Origin: an uncultured archaeon
GTDB lineage: Archaea; Asgardarchaeota; Lokiarchaeia; Sigyniarchaeales; SOKP01
Length of the DNA: 32,158 bases
Assembly (NCBI GenBank): GCA_964388035.1
Contig: CAYLZE010000053.1
Span: forward strand, 1 to 32,158
Reading direction: 5' to 3'
The translations under genes were made by a program, and so were the position numbers. Under the pieces are notes generated by a model. That model made no database searches. It saw nothing but the letters and a program-made list of their open reading frames with translations, and was not told the origin of the DNA. How positions within the stretch are numbered: position 1 is the stretch's first letter; each line of letters opens with the position of its first letter. Shown piece after piece: positions 10,497 to 20,661 of this stretch.

Positions 10497-10589
10497 CTTA
10501 TTCCCGGTGATAGAAGACTTTCAAGTGATTCAATTAAAACAAAATGGTTTTTAAAGGTTTTTAAAGTGATGTAATATTTATTAATAGGT

Positions 10590-12080
10590 ATGAGTACACA
10601 CTTTTTAGAAGGATTTTTAAATCCTAAAAGTGTCGCATTTTATGGTGCTAATAATAAGGGTGCCGGAATTGGCTCCTTTCAGTTAATGGGGTTAATTCAT
10701 TACGGATATAAAGGGAAAATTTTCCCCATTCATTTAAAACTGGATAATATTTTTGGATATAAAGCATATAAATCCATAGTTGAGGTCCCGGAGATTCCTG
10801 ACCTGGTCATAATTGTCCTTCCTCCCGATGTCGTTCCTCAAATTTTCAGAGAATGCGGAGAAAAAGGAGTAAAGCGAATAATACTTGTTTCCGGAGGATT
10901 TAGGGAAATGACGGATGATAGGGAGAACGATCTCTCCTCCGAAATTAAAGAAATAGCGGATCGATATGGAATGAGATTTATAGGACCGAATTGTTTGGGT
11001 GTTTATAATAATTGGGTTTATCCAGAAGATTCTTCCCGAGCATTTAATACTGCAATTTGGGAGAAAATAAAGCGAGGTACCTTCTCTATAGCTTCTCAAT
11101 CGGGAACATTGGCAAGCCATATTTGGTTTGATCCAGAAAATATAGATATCGGATTGAGTAAATCTATTTCAGTAGGTAATGAAGCGAATATTGATATAGT
11201 TGATTGCCTGGAATATTACCAGAAGGATGAACAAACAGATGTCATTGGATTGTATTTGGAAGAAATTAAAAGAGGAAAGAAATTCATTGAAATAGTTAAA
11301 CAAATAACTCCTAACAAGCCAATTATTGCGATTTTTAGTGGAGGTTCCCAAGCGGGCAATCGAGCAATAAGAAGCCATACGGGGTCAATGGCAGGAAATT
11401 CCAAAATCTTTGAAGCGGTATTCAAAGAAACAGGCATCATTCAAACCGAACTAGTGGAAGAATTCTTGGATCTTGCCTTTGCTTTATCAAGTAAATCCAT
11501 TCCCAACGGAAATAGACTTGGAATCATCACGAATTCAGGAGGACCTGGCTCCATGATGGCCAATCATGCTGAAAAATTAGGATTAAAAATCCCGGAATTT
11601 TCTCCCCAATTACAAGAAAAACTAAAAAGCATGGTTTCAAGAACCGCAAGCGTTAAAAATCCGCTAGACTGTACATTTGATATGAATTTCTATAATTATT
11701 ATGTGGCATTACCTAAGACATTAATGAAATCAGGTGAAATCGATGCAATCATCATGTACGGTACCTTTGATTTTCAATTAGTCTTGAACCGATTAATGAA
11801 GGATGAGAAGATTGCCAAGCATGCGGATTTTCAACACATCGAGAATGAAGATCAACCCCCCTTGGAAAAAATCCTCATTGAACCTTTATTAAAAGAATCT
11901 AAAAAATATTCTATTCCCATTTTTTACGTTAACCCGCAAAATTATTCGAGCCCATGGTCTAAAAAGGTTCGAGAAGCAGGAGGTATCTTATTTCAATTAT
12001 GGGATCGCCCCGTGAGATGCTTGGCGAAATTATGCGAATATGGAAAATTTTTAAATAAAATAGAAAAAAGAAAACAATAA
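10590..12080 (+). CDS. ADP-forming acyl/acetyl-CoA synthetase, alpha subunit
   Basis: FLNPKSVA, IGPNCLG, SQSG, VGNEANI, the phospho-His motif SHTGSMAG, TNSGGPG and NPLD; no ATP-grasp domain. Confidence 0.9.
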   Translation: MSTHFLEGFLNPKSVAFYGANNKGAGIGSFQLMGLIHYGYKGKIFPIHLKLDNIFGYKAYKSIVEVPEIPDLVIIVLPPDVVPQIFRECGEKGVKRIILVSGGFREMTDDRENDLSSEIKEIADRYGMRFIGPNCLGVYNNWVYPEDSSRAFNTAIWEKIKRGTFSIASQSGTLASHIWFDPENIDIGLSKSISVGNEANIDIVDCLEYYQKDEQTDVIGLYLEEIKRGKKFIEIVKQITPNKPIIAIFSGGSQAGNRAIRSHTGSMAGNSKIFEAVFKETGIIQTELVEEFLDLAFALSSKSIPNGNRLGIITNSGGPGSMMANHAEKLGLKIPEFSPQLQEKLKSMVSRTASVKNPLDCTFDMNFYNYYVALPKTLMKSGEIDAIIMYGTFDFQLVLNRLMKDEKIAKHADFQHIENEDQPPLEKILIEPLLKESKKYSIPIFYVNPQNYSSPWSKKVREAGGILFQLWDRPVRCLAKLCEYGKFLNKIEKRKQ

Positions 12081-12095
12081 ATTTTAATAATTTTC

Positions 12096-12935
12096 TTACT
12101 TTAAGGCTTGCTTTGCCAACCATTTTTTTAAATCATCAAACACTACCTTTCTTTTCTCCTCCACTTCATTATAAACTTCATGATATAGACCGCTATACAC
12201 GTGATATTCAAAGTTATCCGTTTTTAAAGCATCAATCACGTTTTGAATTCCACTAACGGCCTTATCATCCCCACCTTTTTGGATAAGAACGGGAATTCTA
12301 AATTCAGATAGGATAGAAGGGATTTTTGGAAATCTAATCATCATTTCTCGTGCTAATTTAGTTGTAATTTTTTGATAGTGAACGAGAGGATCATCAATGT
12401 AAGCTTTTACTACGGCGGGATCGTGGCTTAAACTGGCGGGATCTAATTTAGTATCAACAGTCATTTTTCCAGCCACTTTGGATAGGAATCCTGCCATGAG
12501 TTTAAGAAAGGCACTCACATCTTCTCCCACTACAGTACCACATCCCGACAAAATAAGTCCATTCAAGAGATTTTCGTATTTTTGAGTGAAATATACGGCA
12601 ATCCCCGAGCCCATGGAATGACCCAGGAGAAATATGGGTAAATTGGGATATTTTTCCCTAATGAGAGCGTGGAATATCTTTGCATCTTCCAGGAATTGAT
12701 CAAAAGAATCAACATAATTGGTCACTCCTTCCGATTTTCCGTGTCCCCTCAAATCAAAGGCATAAATACCGAATCCTTCTGGCACTAAATTATTCACTAC
12801 ATTCAGGTATCTACCTGAATGTTCTCCAAAGCCGTGGATAATGAGAACTATCGCTTTGGGAGCATCGGGCATCCAAGATTGGTAATATAATGATAATCCT
12901 CCCACACCTTTAAAGGTACCTTCCAAATGATTCAT
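12096..12935 (-). CDS. Alpha/beta hydrolase, lysophospholipase/monoacylglycerol lipase family
   Basis: HGFGEHSGRY, DLRGHGKS, GHSMG nucleophile elbow and YHEVYNE. Confidence 0.92.
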   Translation of the reverse strand: MNHLEGTFKGVGGLSLYYQSWMPDAPKAIVLIIHGFGEHSGRYLNVVNNLVPEGFGIYAFDLRGHGKSEGVTNYVDSFDQFLEDAKIFHALIREKYPNLPIFLLGHSMGSGIAVYFTQKYENLLNGLILSGCGTVVGEDVSAFLKLMAGFLSKVAGKMTVDTKLDPASLSHDPAVVKAYIDDPLVHYQKITTKLAREMMIRFPKIPSILSEFRIPVLIQKGGDDKAVSGIQNVIDALKTDNFEYHVYSGLYHEVYNEVEEKRKVVFDDLKKWLAKQALK

Positions 12936-13109
12936 TTTTAGTGAACACTCTTTTAGATGTAATTAAAAATCAATTAAATTAGAGTTAAATTATGATCTAT
13001 ATATCTTATATTTAAACGTGCGTGTAATAATAATTTACAATACGAAATATGTTCTGATTCATATGAATTGTTTTTAACTATTTAAAATGATTTATTTGAC
13101 CAATATTAT

Positions 13110-13640
13110 ATGATTAAGAATAAAATTATAATCACGGGACGTCCCGGTTATGGAAAATCATCTTTAATCTTGAGATTCATCCAATATTATCAAGAAAAAG
13201 GAAGAATCATTCATGGATTCTTAACTCCCGAAGTTAGGAACAAATCAAAACGAATAGGATTTGATATTCTGGATATAGCTACGGGGAAAAAAGATATCTT
13301 AGCTCGAACAAGAATTATTAACTCAAAATTTAAATTAGGGCGATATGATGTGGATCTTAATTTCTTGGAAGAAATAATTTCTCGGTTAGATTCTAAAGAA
13401 GATAGCCAAGATAGCTTAATCATCATCGATGAAATCGGTAAAATGGAACTATTTTCCGACATTTTCCAGCAATGGCTAATCAAAATTTTTAATTCTGAAA
13501 GGAAAATCATTAGCACGATTGGATTGAATTTGAAACATTCCCTCAAGACTTTCATCCTTCATAGAACAGATAGCATTCTATTTCATCTGAATCGCGAAAA
13601 TCAAGAAGAAATCTTCTCGCGAGTTCTGACTTTACTATAA
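13110..13640 (+). CDS. THEP1-type nucleoside triphosphatase (NTPase_1)
   Basis: ITGRPGYGKS Walker A, GFLTPEVR....RIGF, and IIIDEIGKMEL Walker B. Confidence 0.9.
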   Translation: MIKNKIIITGRPGYGKSSLILRFIQYYQEKGRIIHGFLTPEVRNKSKRIGFDILDIATGKKDILARTRIINSKFKLGRYDVDLNFLEEIISRLDSKEDSQDSLIIIDEIGKMELFSDIFQQWLIKIFNSERKIISTIGLNLKHSLKTFILHRTDSILFHLNRENQEEIFSRVLTLL

Positions 13641-13783
13641 AAAATAATGAAACTCCCCCATCCCAATTAATTTTTATAATCCCGTTTGTAATTTTGAAAA
13701 CTTATATTAACCAAAATTAAGAGTTTTTCTTTAATTTTTAAGTATTAAAATTAAATATGCCTCTTTTCTTGAGTTATTTAGAT

Positions 13784-14689
13784 ATGAAACTAGTAGAATT
13801 AGGCAACACTGGTGAAAAAATCCCCATTCTCGGTATAGGTACATGGGGGATTGGTAGATTTTTCAAAAACAAGGAATATTACGAAGATTGGAAGAAGTCC
13901 CTCAGAAGAGGGATAGAGCTTGGAATGAGTCATATTGATACGGCAGAGCTTTACGGATTAGGTGCTTCTGAAAGAACGGTTGGAGAAATAATCAAGGAAT
14001 ATGATAGAGATGATTTATTTATAACTACGAAACTATTTCCCGTTCACACTTTCTATCATGGAATGAAGAGGGCTGCTGAAAGGAGTTTAAAACGATTAGG
14101 AATTAAATCTGTTGATCTTTACTTGATTCATTTTCCTAGCTTTTTAGTACCCCTTAAAAGGCATGCGAAATTATTAGATTATCTGATTGATGAGGGAAAG
14201 ACACGATTTATTGGAGTTAGTAATTTTTCTGTTGACCAATTTAAGGAGATAAAAGGATACCTCAGACATCCAGATCTCTTGGTGACGAATCAATTAAGAT
14301 TAAACTTAACAGATCAGAAGTACCTGCATGAAGCTTTACCCTATTATCAGAAAAATAAAACGACGCTGACTGCTTATAGTCCCTTAGGACATGAAGGGTT
14401 TACAGATATCGATGGAGAATTAAGAGAGAAATTGGAAAAAGTAGCAAAAAGCCATGATGCTACCATTCAACAGATTGGCATTGCTTGGCTCATCAATCAC
14501 GAGAACGTGATTACCATTCCGAAAGCATTTCACGTCAAACACGTTGAATCTAATGCAAAAGCTGCAGATATTACTTTAACGGAAGAAGAAATAAAGATGT
14601 TTTATGAGAGAAAAAGTGATGCAAAGGTGCTTGAGATTCGAAGAGAACCTGTTCCAAAAAGAGAAAAAATGATTGAGCACCAGGCATGA
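13784..14689 (+). CDS. Aldo/keto reductase
   Basis: LGIGTWG, IDTAELYG (Asp/Tyr), TTKL (Lys), YLIHFP (His), IGVSNF, AYSPLG and IPK. The start at 13784 (MKLVELG) is preferred over 13757 on family N-terminus grounds. Confidence 0.93.
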   Translation: MKLVELGNTGEKIPILGIGTWGIGRFFKNKEYYEDWKKSLRRGIELGMSHIDTAELYGLGASERTVGEIIKEYDRDDLFITTKLFPVHTFYHGMKRAAERSLKRLGIKSVDLYLIHFPSFLVPLKRHAKLLDYLIDEGKTRFIGVSNFSVDQFKEIKGYLRHPDLLVTNQLRLNLTDQKYLHEALPYYQKNKTTLTAYSPLGHEGFTDIDGELREKLEKVAKSHDATIQQIGIAWLINHENVITIPKAFHVKHVESNAKAADITLTEEEIKMFYERKSDAKVLEIRREPVPKREKMIEHQA

Positions 14690-15017
14690 AAGGGCTTTCC
14701 TTTTTTCTTTTCAACTTTTTTTGAAAGATTCCGAATTTGAGAAGAATATCGGGTAGGTTGACAATTACGTGATTTTATTTTTACAAAGATTTTTATCTTA
14801 TCTCTGTCACGTTGTTTTTATACCCATGAAAATAGATTTTTCGGGTAGTTTTAAATGAATAATAAATATAGCATCATAAATGTTGATGTAAATTAGGTTT
14901 AAATGGGTTTCAAATCAAATAATATTAATATTTAATCAAATAAAGGTTTCTTTTAGCAAAAAAATTAAAAGTTTTCTTAATCTATCTTATTAAGTAACAT
15001 TTTTGGTTATTAAAAAC

Positions 15018-15131
15018 ATGAAATTTAAATGCGATAAATGTGGCCATGAATTTGAGAGGGACGATCTCCCCGAAGAAGGATTCAAGTGCCCCGGCTGTGG
15101 AAGTGAAGATGCGAGTTTTAGCATCGTTTAA
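15018..15131 (+). CDS. 37-aa zinc-ribbon/rubredoxin-like microprotein (not in the ORF track)
   Basis: ATG at 15018 reads MKFKCDKCGHEFERDDLPEEGFKCPGCGSEDASFSIV*. It has two CxxCG knuckles, is a GC-richer island within AT-rich DNA, and is followed by a T-tract. Confidence 0.85.
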   Translation: MKFKCDKCGHEFERDDLPEEGFKCPGCGSEDASFSIV

Positions 15132-15206
15132 AAATGATTAATTCCTTTTTATCTTTTCAAATATTTTAAATTCCTTAAGATTTAAAAGATCCCTATTGTA
15201 AACTTT

Positions 15207-16025
15207 TTACCTTGTATTCAGATTTGAAATTTCTCTAATCTTTTGGGGAGGTTTGTGCATTCTAACCTTTCCCACGCGGGCACAATAGAGAGAGAATTCA
15301 TTTTTTCCATCAACTCCTAAGAATTGATCCATTAATACTTGATTAAATGCCCCTACTGCGCACGTGCCAGCTCCAATTGATTCAGAGGCAAGATAAAGAT
15401 TTTGGCATAAGTGCCCCGAATCTTGTGCAATTAATTTATGAGCTAAAAGACTATAACGCCACTCCGTTCGATAAGGGATAGTAGTCCAAATGAAGACGAT
15501 GGGAGCACTTTGTACGAGTGTACGCTCAAACTTGAAAGGTTCATCCAAATTCTCTCTGATTAAGCACAATTTATGTTCTACTGCCAAGTATCTATATAAA
15601 GCGGGTTTGAGATTCAATACGTTTAAAGGAATTAAGTATGTTTCAAAGGGATGGCGGGCACCTCCAGAGGGAACCGTCCTAAGAGTAGATAACCTTTCTC
15701 CTATAATTTTTTGCACCCCCTGAGTGACCCATAGTAAAAAAGATAATTCTTCTAAATTAAAAGGTTCTTTAGTGTAATTTCTCTTACTTCTCCTTCGATT
15801 TATCACGTCTATTAGAGGCATGTTTCCAATGGAAAAGTTCTGAGGCTCAATTAAATCAATTAAATCAGAATTCGTAGGATAGGGCTCCTGAATGGGGGGA
15901 GGTGGAATATCATTTTCTTGATCTCTTTCTAAGCGGCCCCATTTTTCCCATAAGTCACCTTTTAAGAAATTTCGGCCTTGCTCCATCTCTTCTTTAGTGG
16001 CTTTTATTTTCAATTTCCCTTTCAC
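15207..16025 (-). CDS. SagB/ThcOx family FMN-dependent dehydrogenase (nitroreductase fold)
   Basis: RRRSKRNY, LSFLLWVTQG, LRTVPSGGARHPFETY and QDSGHLCQNLYL motifs; GTG start. Confidence 0.9.
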   Translation of the reverse strand: MKGKLKIKATKEEMEQGRNFLKGDLWEKWGRLERDQENDIPPPPIQEPYPTNSDLIDLIEPQNFSIGNMPLIDVINRRRSKRNYTKEPFNLEELSFLLWVTQGVQKIIGERLSTLRTVPSGGARHPFETYLIPLNVLNLKPALYRYLAVEHKLCLIRENLDEPFKFERTLVQSAPIVFIWTTIPYRTEWRYSLLAHKLIAQDSGHLCQNLYLASESIGAGTCAVGAFNQVLMDQFLGVDGKNEFSLYCARVGKVRMHKPPQKIREISNLNTR

Positions 16026-16155
16026 CTCTTTTTTTATAATTATAGTGAACCTCTCAAAGATAAATTAACAATAAATATTATCAATCAAGATTATCAGATC
16101 ATTGTTCTTAGATGAGCAGCGAAAAACGTTAACAACCATGCAATTAGATTACGCT

Positions 16156-17121
16156 TCACTTCCATGTAGCTTTAAATACACGGAGTAAATTATCATGAGA
16201 AATTTTAATTAAATCTTGTTCGCTATATCCGTTATTCAGGAGATACTCCCACAATTCAGGAAATTTAGAGGAATTCTTGACACAATTTGGGACGTCCGTG
16301 CCATCAAAATCCGAACCAATTGAAACGGTATTTATATCGCTTCGTTCAGTAATATGATCAACATGTCGCTTTATCGCCTCAAAACCCATATCCAAGTCTT
16401 TCATATCGGGTTTTCTCGGATTTAAAAAACTCATGCCAAAATTTATGCCAATCGTTCCTTTTTTTTCATGAATTGCTTTAATTTGATCATCCGTCAAATT
16501 TCTCACATGGTTTGTCACAGATCGCGCATTAGAATGACTTGCAATGAACGGTTTTTGCATAATTTTATTGAGATCCCAGAAGGTCGGATCGTTTAGATGG
16601 GAAACATCGAGAGTGATGCCTAATGATTGAGCTTCAATGATTAATTTTTCTCCCAAGGACGTCAATCCTTTTTTCGGTTGATGGGGATAAAATCGGGAAC
16701 CATTTCCAAATTTATTTGTATTAGACCAAGTTAAGCTAAGACTTCGCAGTCCCAAATGATAAGCTAGTCGCAATAATTTTAAATCATCATCAATTCCTCC
16801 CGCTCCTTCAAAATGGAGAAGGGCACCAATTTTTTCCGTGGTCTGTATCCTTTCGAAGTCTGATATCGTTTTTATTTGTTCCAGGTTATTCATAGGATTA
16901 GAGATCAATTTAAACCAAACATCTAAACCATTGATTATATGTTCTTGTTTCATCATGGGATATAATGCGAAAAGAGCTGCCTTTACATTACCCGCCCGCA
17001 TTCGGGGATAATCACAATGTCCTTTTTCAGATAACTCATAAAACACTCTTCCTTGAGTGTTGAGGTGGGTTGCCGTATCAATATGGCCATCAATTACAAA
17101 GAATTTATCCAAATTTGTCAT
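16156..17121 (-). CDS. Membrane/renal dipeptidase family (peptidase M19), no signal peptide apparent
   Basis: DGHIDT (HxD), HFEG, DVSH, ASHSN, RNL.D and IGSDFDG motifs. Confidence 0.92.
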   Translation of the reverse strand: MTNLDKFFVIDGHIDTATHLNTQGRVFYELSEKGHCDYPRMRAGNVKAALFALYPMMKQEHIINGLDVWFKLISNPMNNLEQIKTISDFERIQTTEKIGALLHFEGAGGIDDDLKLLRLAYHLGLRSLSLTWSNTNKFGNGSRFYPHQPKKGLTSLGEKLIIEAQSLGITLDVSHLNDPTFWDLNKIMQKPFIASHSNARSVTNHVRNLTDDQIKAIHEKKGTIGINFGMSFLNPRKPDMKDLDMGFEAIKRHVDHITERSDINTVSIGSDFDGTDVPNCVKNSSKFPELWEYLLNNGYSEQDLIKISHDNLLRVFKATWK

Positions 17122-17293
17122 GGCTTTTTTTGCGTTATTTAAATTTCGGATTAATAAATAGGGAAATTCTTACTATTTAAAGAATATTCGCCATATCACC
17201 AATGAATAATATTACAATGATAATAGCAATGATGTCTAGAACCTAACAAAAAAAAAGGGGTTAATTTAAGATGGTCTCACATCTTGACCACTT

Positions 17294-17956
17294 TTATTTT
17301 ATATTTGCTACAGTATAAAGAAAATCTGTAATCCCATATTTTTTCTTTTCTACTTTTTCGAAACCAAACGTGTTTATGAACATTTGAGAGGTGACATTAC
17401 CCTCATATACTTCGCATAAAATTTCCTTGATTTTTTTAGATTTCAGAAATTTCCACGCCTCGAAACCTAATATCGTTCCCAAACCGTTGCGCTGATAACT
17501 TGGAATGACGCCCAATCCCGCGATGATAGCAATGTCCTTTGCTTTTCCCCCAAAATCAATTAAAACAAAGCCTGCATCTTCTTGATTGGCGTTTGCGATG
17601 AGAAATGTGGTATCTTTATCATGAAAAATGGTTTCAAACTTTTCCAATTTCATGGGGCGAAAAGGTGCGCATGTAGAAGGCCAACTCTGATTGTAAATGT
17701 CTTTCACGCTTTCTAAATCCTCTTCTTTAGCTTCCCTAATCGTATAATTCAATCCGGCTTTTTTCACCCGATACTCTAGATTTTTTTCATATTCAGAGGT
17801 TATTTTTTCAATGGGTAAACGCAAGCGGATGTAACCTAATCCACTCTCGCATGCATTTTTATGGATTTCTTCTTTCTTATCCTCCCCTTTAAACATATCT
17901 CCAATGTGGAGGAAGAAACTACGTATAGCTTTAGCCCTTTCTGATGAATGCGACAT
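17294..17956 (-). CDS. GNAT family N-acetyltransferase
   Basis: IREA..EDL, the acetyl-CoA motif LGVIPSYQRNGLG, and N..S..F...FGF. Confidence 0.88.
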   Translation of the reverse strand: MSHSSERAKAIRSFFLHIGDMFKGEDKKEEIHKNACESGLGYIRLRLPIEKITSEYEKNLEYRVKKAGLNYTIREAKEEDLESVKDIYNQSWPSTCAPFRPMKLEKFETIFHDKDTTFLIANANQEDAGFVLIDFGGKAKDIAIIAGLGVIPSYQRNGLGTILGFEAWKFLKSKKIKEILCEVYEGNVTSQMFINTFGFEKVEKKKYGITDFLYTVANIK

Positions 17957-18212
17957 TATTATAATTTTTTTTTTGTTTCAGTATTATAATGAAGTTATAT
18001 AAAACCTTTATTTTTTTTTCTTGATAATGGGAACAATTTTTTATTTAAATTGATATGCCACATCGTACAAATAGAAATAAAATATTATAATTTAAGTGCT
18101 TTTACTGAACATTTTTTTTAATTTCCTTTCGCTCACTTTAAGGGAAAAAATAATAATGGCAAAAATTTATTTGCTTTCAACAAAAATGAAGGTCATGAAA
18201 GAGAGATAAATT

Positions 18213-18220
18213 AAAAAAAA
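18213..18220 (-). terminator. Oligo-T terminator candidate downstream of the RNase P RNA
   Basis: T8 on the minus strand 10 nt after the P1 3' end. Confidence 0.5.
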
Positions 18221-18230
18221 GAATGTTATT

Positions 18231-18546
18231 GATAGATATACCCACCCTTCTGTACTTTTTTCCGTTACCGGAAGAAAGTTTGGACATCCACCTTATTGCG
18301 GCCCACCTAAAGCTCGTTTCAAATCCTCATCGCTTTTATTTGGCCTTGCACCGAGGTTTTAACTCGTTCCAACCATTCTCTTCCGCAATTTCTTTAGCTT
18401 ATTTCTAAATCATTAATATCTGCAAAAGAGCAGTGTCGTTTCTGTTGTTAAAATATCGCTCTCGCGATAGTAGTTCCCTACACCTCGTTTGAAACGTGGG
18501 GTGAGGTTCCTCAGCGAGTCAAAGCTCACCGTCAGTCCAATCTATC
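18231..18546 (-). ncRNA. rnpB: Ribonuclease P RNA, archaeal type A
   Basis: The reverse complement folds as follows: P1 GAUAGAU/AUCUAUC; P2 UUGGAC/GUCCAA; P3 GGUGAG/CUCGCU; P4 ACC[U]CACCC/GGGUGGGU after GAGGA; P6 CGUUUCAAA/UUUGAAACG; P7 CGAGG/CCUCG; P8 GUAG-GGAA-CUAC; P9 UAUCGC-GAGA-GCGAUA; ACAGAAAC; P12; GGUGCAAGGCCAAAUA; P15/16; P19 UUCCG-GUAA-CGGAA; AGUACAGAA. No P18. Confidence 0.96.
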
Positions 18547-18574
18547 ACTAACGTGTTTAATAAAGAAAGAGAAA

Positions 18575-18582
18575 AATATAAA
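18575..18582 (-). promoter_or_regulatory. TATA box candidate for the RNase P RNA gene
   Basis: TTTATATT on the minus strand about 29-36 nt upstream of the P1 5' end. Confidence 0.55.
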
Positions 18583-18853
18583 TTTAACTCTGAAACAAAT
18601 TAAATCATGACATCACTATGTTAGAATTATTAAACGCATGTTCGGAATCGCATGATGCCAATCCCTTATAATTTTCACTCATGTTGCATTGAAATATAAT
18701 CTCCATCCTATCGTCCATATAAAATAGCTGAAAAATTCTTCAATAGTTCTCTAATAAGTTAGGGAAATTTCTCCCATTGGACAAAATGCTAAAAGTATTT
18801 ATAGTACATGAGATCAACTTAATTTTACTAAAATAAAATTATACTTAAAACAC

Positions 18854-20278
18854 ATGACAATTGAAAACGAATCAAATATAGAAGAACCCTCTGAAATTCG
18901 CCATTCTAAATTCAATATATTTTCCTATGGCATGTCTGATATGATCTCAGAGATTTTCGGCATAACTTTCGGAGCTTACGTGTTTTATTTTTATGAAGCG
19001 GAAATTGGTCTAGAAAGTTGGTTGGTGGCTACAGGCTTTGTAATTTATGCAATTTGGAACGCAATCAACGATCCTTTAGTTGGGTATATCTGCGATCGCC
19101 CCTTTTTTTTTACCAATAAATGGGGCCGACGCTTTCCTTGGGTAATTGGGTCAATGTTCCCGTCCATTTTTATATACGTGCTATTATTTGCGCCTCCGAA
19201 TGTTGATCCGGTGCAAGGAAAATGGTTAATTTTTGGATGGCTTATTTTGGCAACCTGCTTATTTGATACCACTCTTTCGTTCTGGATGGTTAACTATGCT
19301 GCACTTTTCCCAGATAAGTTTCGAAATTTCGATGAAAGACGAACCGCTTCAGGAGTTTTAATGATTCTAGCGTATATTGGGATCGCGTTAGGTTCATTAA
19401 TACCCCCATTTATCGTACAATTTGGCGTGAAGGAGTCTTTTTACAATCAAGCATGGGCTCTCGTGATAATTACACTCATCGGTGGGTTGTTGGCTATTCC
19501 CGGACTTCGAGAAGATAAGGTAAGCGTTAATCGATACGTGGAATCATATAAAGCCCTAAAAGAAAGCGGGCAAAAAGCATCTACTTTTACGACTTTTAAA
19601 AAAGCTCTTTTACATAAAAATTTCATGGTCTATGTAATCCTCTTTCTCGGATATTCAACATTAAGAGCATGCTTGCTTGGTTCCTTGCAATATGGCTTAC
19701 GTTTTGTTCTTAAGTTGCCAGCAATCTATTCGACCATTCTCATGGGAGCTTATTTAATAAGTAGTTTAATAGCCACTCCAATTTGGGCGATCATTTTAAG
19801 AAAAACAGCCAATAATAAGAAAATCATGTTAATTGGAGCCATCCTTTCTTGCATTTTTGCCCTCCCAATGACGTTTTTCTCAGATATAATCAGTTGGTGT
19901 ATCCTTCTAATTTTATGGGGAATTGGAATCGCGGGCATGTTTGTTGCAAAATCACCGCTCTTTGCGGATATTATCGATGAAAGTGTTGTAAGAACGGGAG
20001 AAAGAAATGAGGGTCTTTATAATGGAGTGAGCATGTTCATCATGCGCTTTGCGATTGTGTCTCAAGCAATAATTTTTGCGACGATCCATACCTTGACAGG
20101 GTTTGAAGAAGGTGCAGATGTTCAGAGCGATTTGGCAATCACGGGAATCTTGTGGGGGATGGCATTGATTCCTTCTCTATTCTTATTAGCGGGGACTATT
20201 ATCTACTGGAAGTTTTATGATTTAAATCCGGTTAAAACACATGAGCATTTAATGCGATTAAAAGAAGTTAATTTATAA
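18854..20278 (+). CDS. MFS transporter, GPH (MelB/MFSD2-like) family
   Basis: About 12 transmembrane segments; IWNAINDPLVGYICDR..KWGRRFPW and ADIIDE....TGERNEGLY motifs. Confidence 0.92.
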   Translation: MTIENESNIEEPSEIRHSKFNIFSYGMSDMISEIFGITFGAYVFYFYEAEIGLESWLVATGFVIYAIWNAINDPLVGYICDRPFFFTNKWGRRFPWVIGSMFPSIFIYVLLFAPPNVDPVQGKWLIFGWLILATCLFDTTLSFWMVNYAALFPDKFRNFDERRTASGVLMILAYIGIALGSLIPPFIVQFGVKESFYNQAWALVIITLIGGLLAIPGLREDKVSVNRYVESYKALKESGQKASTFTTFKKALLHKNFMVYVILFLGYSTLRACLLGSLQYGLRFVLKLPAIYSTILMGAYLISSLIATPIWAIILRKTANNKKIMLIGAILSCIFALPMTFFSDIISWCILLILWGIGIAGMFVAKSPLFADIIDESVVRTGERNEGLYNGVSMFIMRFAIVSQAIIFATIHTLTGFEEGADVQSDLAITGILWGMALIPSLFLLAGTIIYWKFYDLNPVKTHEHLMRLKEVNL

Positions 20279-20420
20279 CATTACATGAAAGATATTTTAT
20301 ATTTTTATTTTTTATTTTTTAAATTTCTTTTTAATTTCTTCTAGTTCTAAAATAAAAATCTCATTTTATAATTACAAAATCTTCTATATAATACGGATTT
20401 TTTAAAGTTGATAAGTTAAA

Positions 20421-20660
20421 TTATTTAGAATGCTTTATGACGACAAGGTTAGCAAATAAGATCAAAGCACCTCCAATCATGGTGAAGATGGACAATTCTT
20501 GCAATAAGATCGCGGTGTTGTCGTTGCTACAATCGGTTCTAAAGGCATAATAATCAAGTTATTCCCGCCTTTATCATGCATGGCACCATGATTATATAAT
20601 ATATTCCCTAAAGGGGTAGGAAAAATTCCGAGTAGACTTGCGAAAAAGAGATGGCTCCCA
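20421..20660 (-). pseudogene. Frameshifted C-terminal remnant of an EamA/DMT family transporter
   Basis: One frame gives LLGIFPTPLGNILYNHG...NLIIMPLEPIVAT. After a one-base shift near 20520 the sequence continues NTAILLQELSIFTMIGGALILFANLVVIKHSK* (TAA at 20423-20421). Together these form the EamA 'LEPvvA ... iGgalIl' pattern. Confidence 0.72.
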
Positions 20661-20661
20661 A

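Noticed and set aside
15018-16025. Possible RiPP system (SagB dehydrogenase plus a small Cys-containing peptide)
   Set aside because: There is no YcaO/E1 cyclodehydratase, the genes are convergent, and the cysteines form metal-binding knuckles rather than a leader-core precursor. Standalone SagB-like genes are common in anaerobes.
17177-17242. CAATGA repeats and a short hydrophobic minus-strand frame upstream of the dipeptidase
   Set aside because: There is no start codon and it is too short to distinguish from chance or an unidentifiable remnant.
18223-18408. 61-aa plus-strand ORF
   Set aside because: It lies antisense to the RNase P RNA and has no protein motif.
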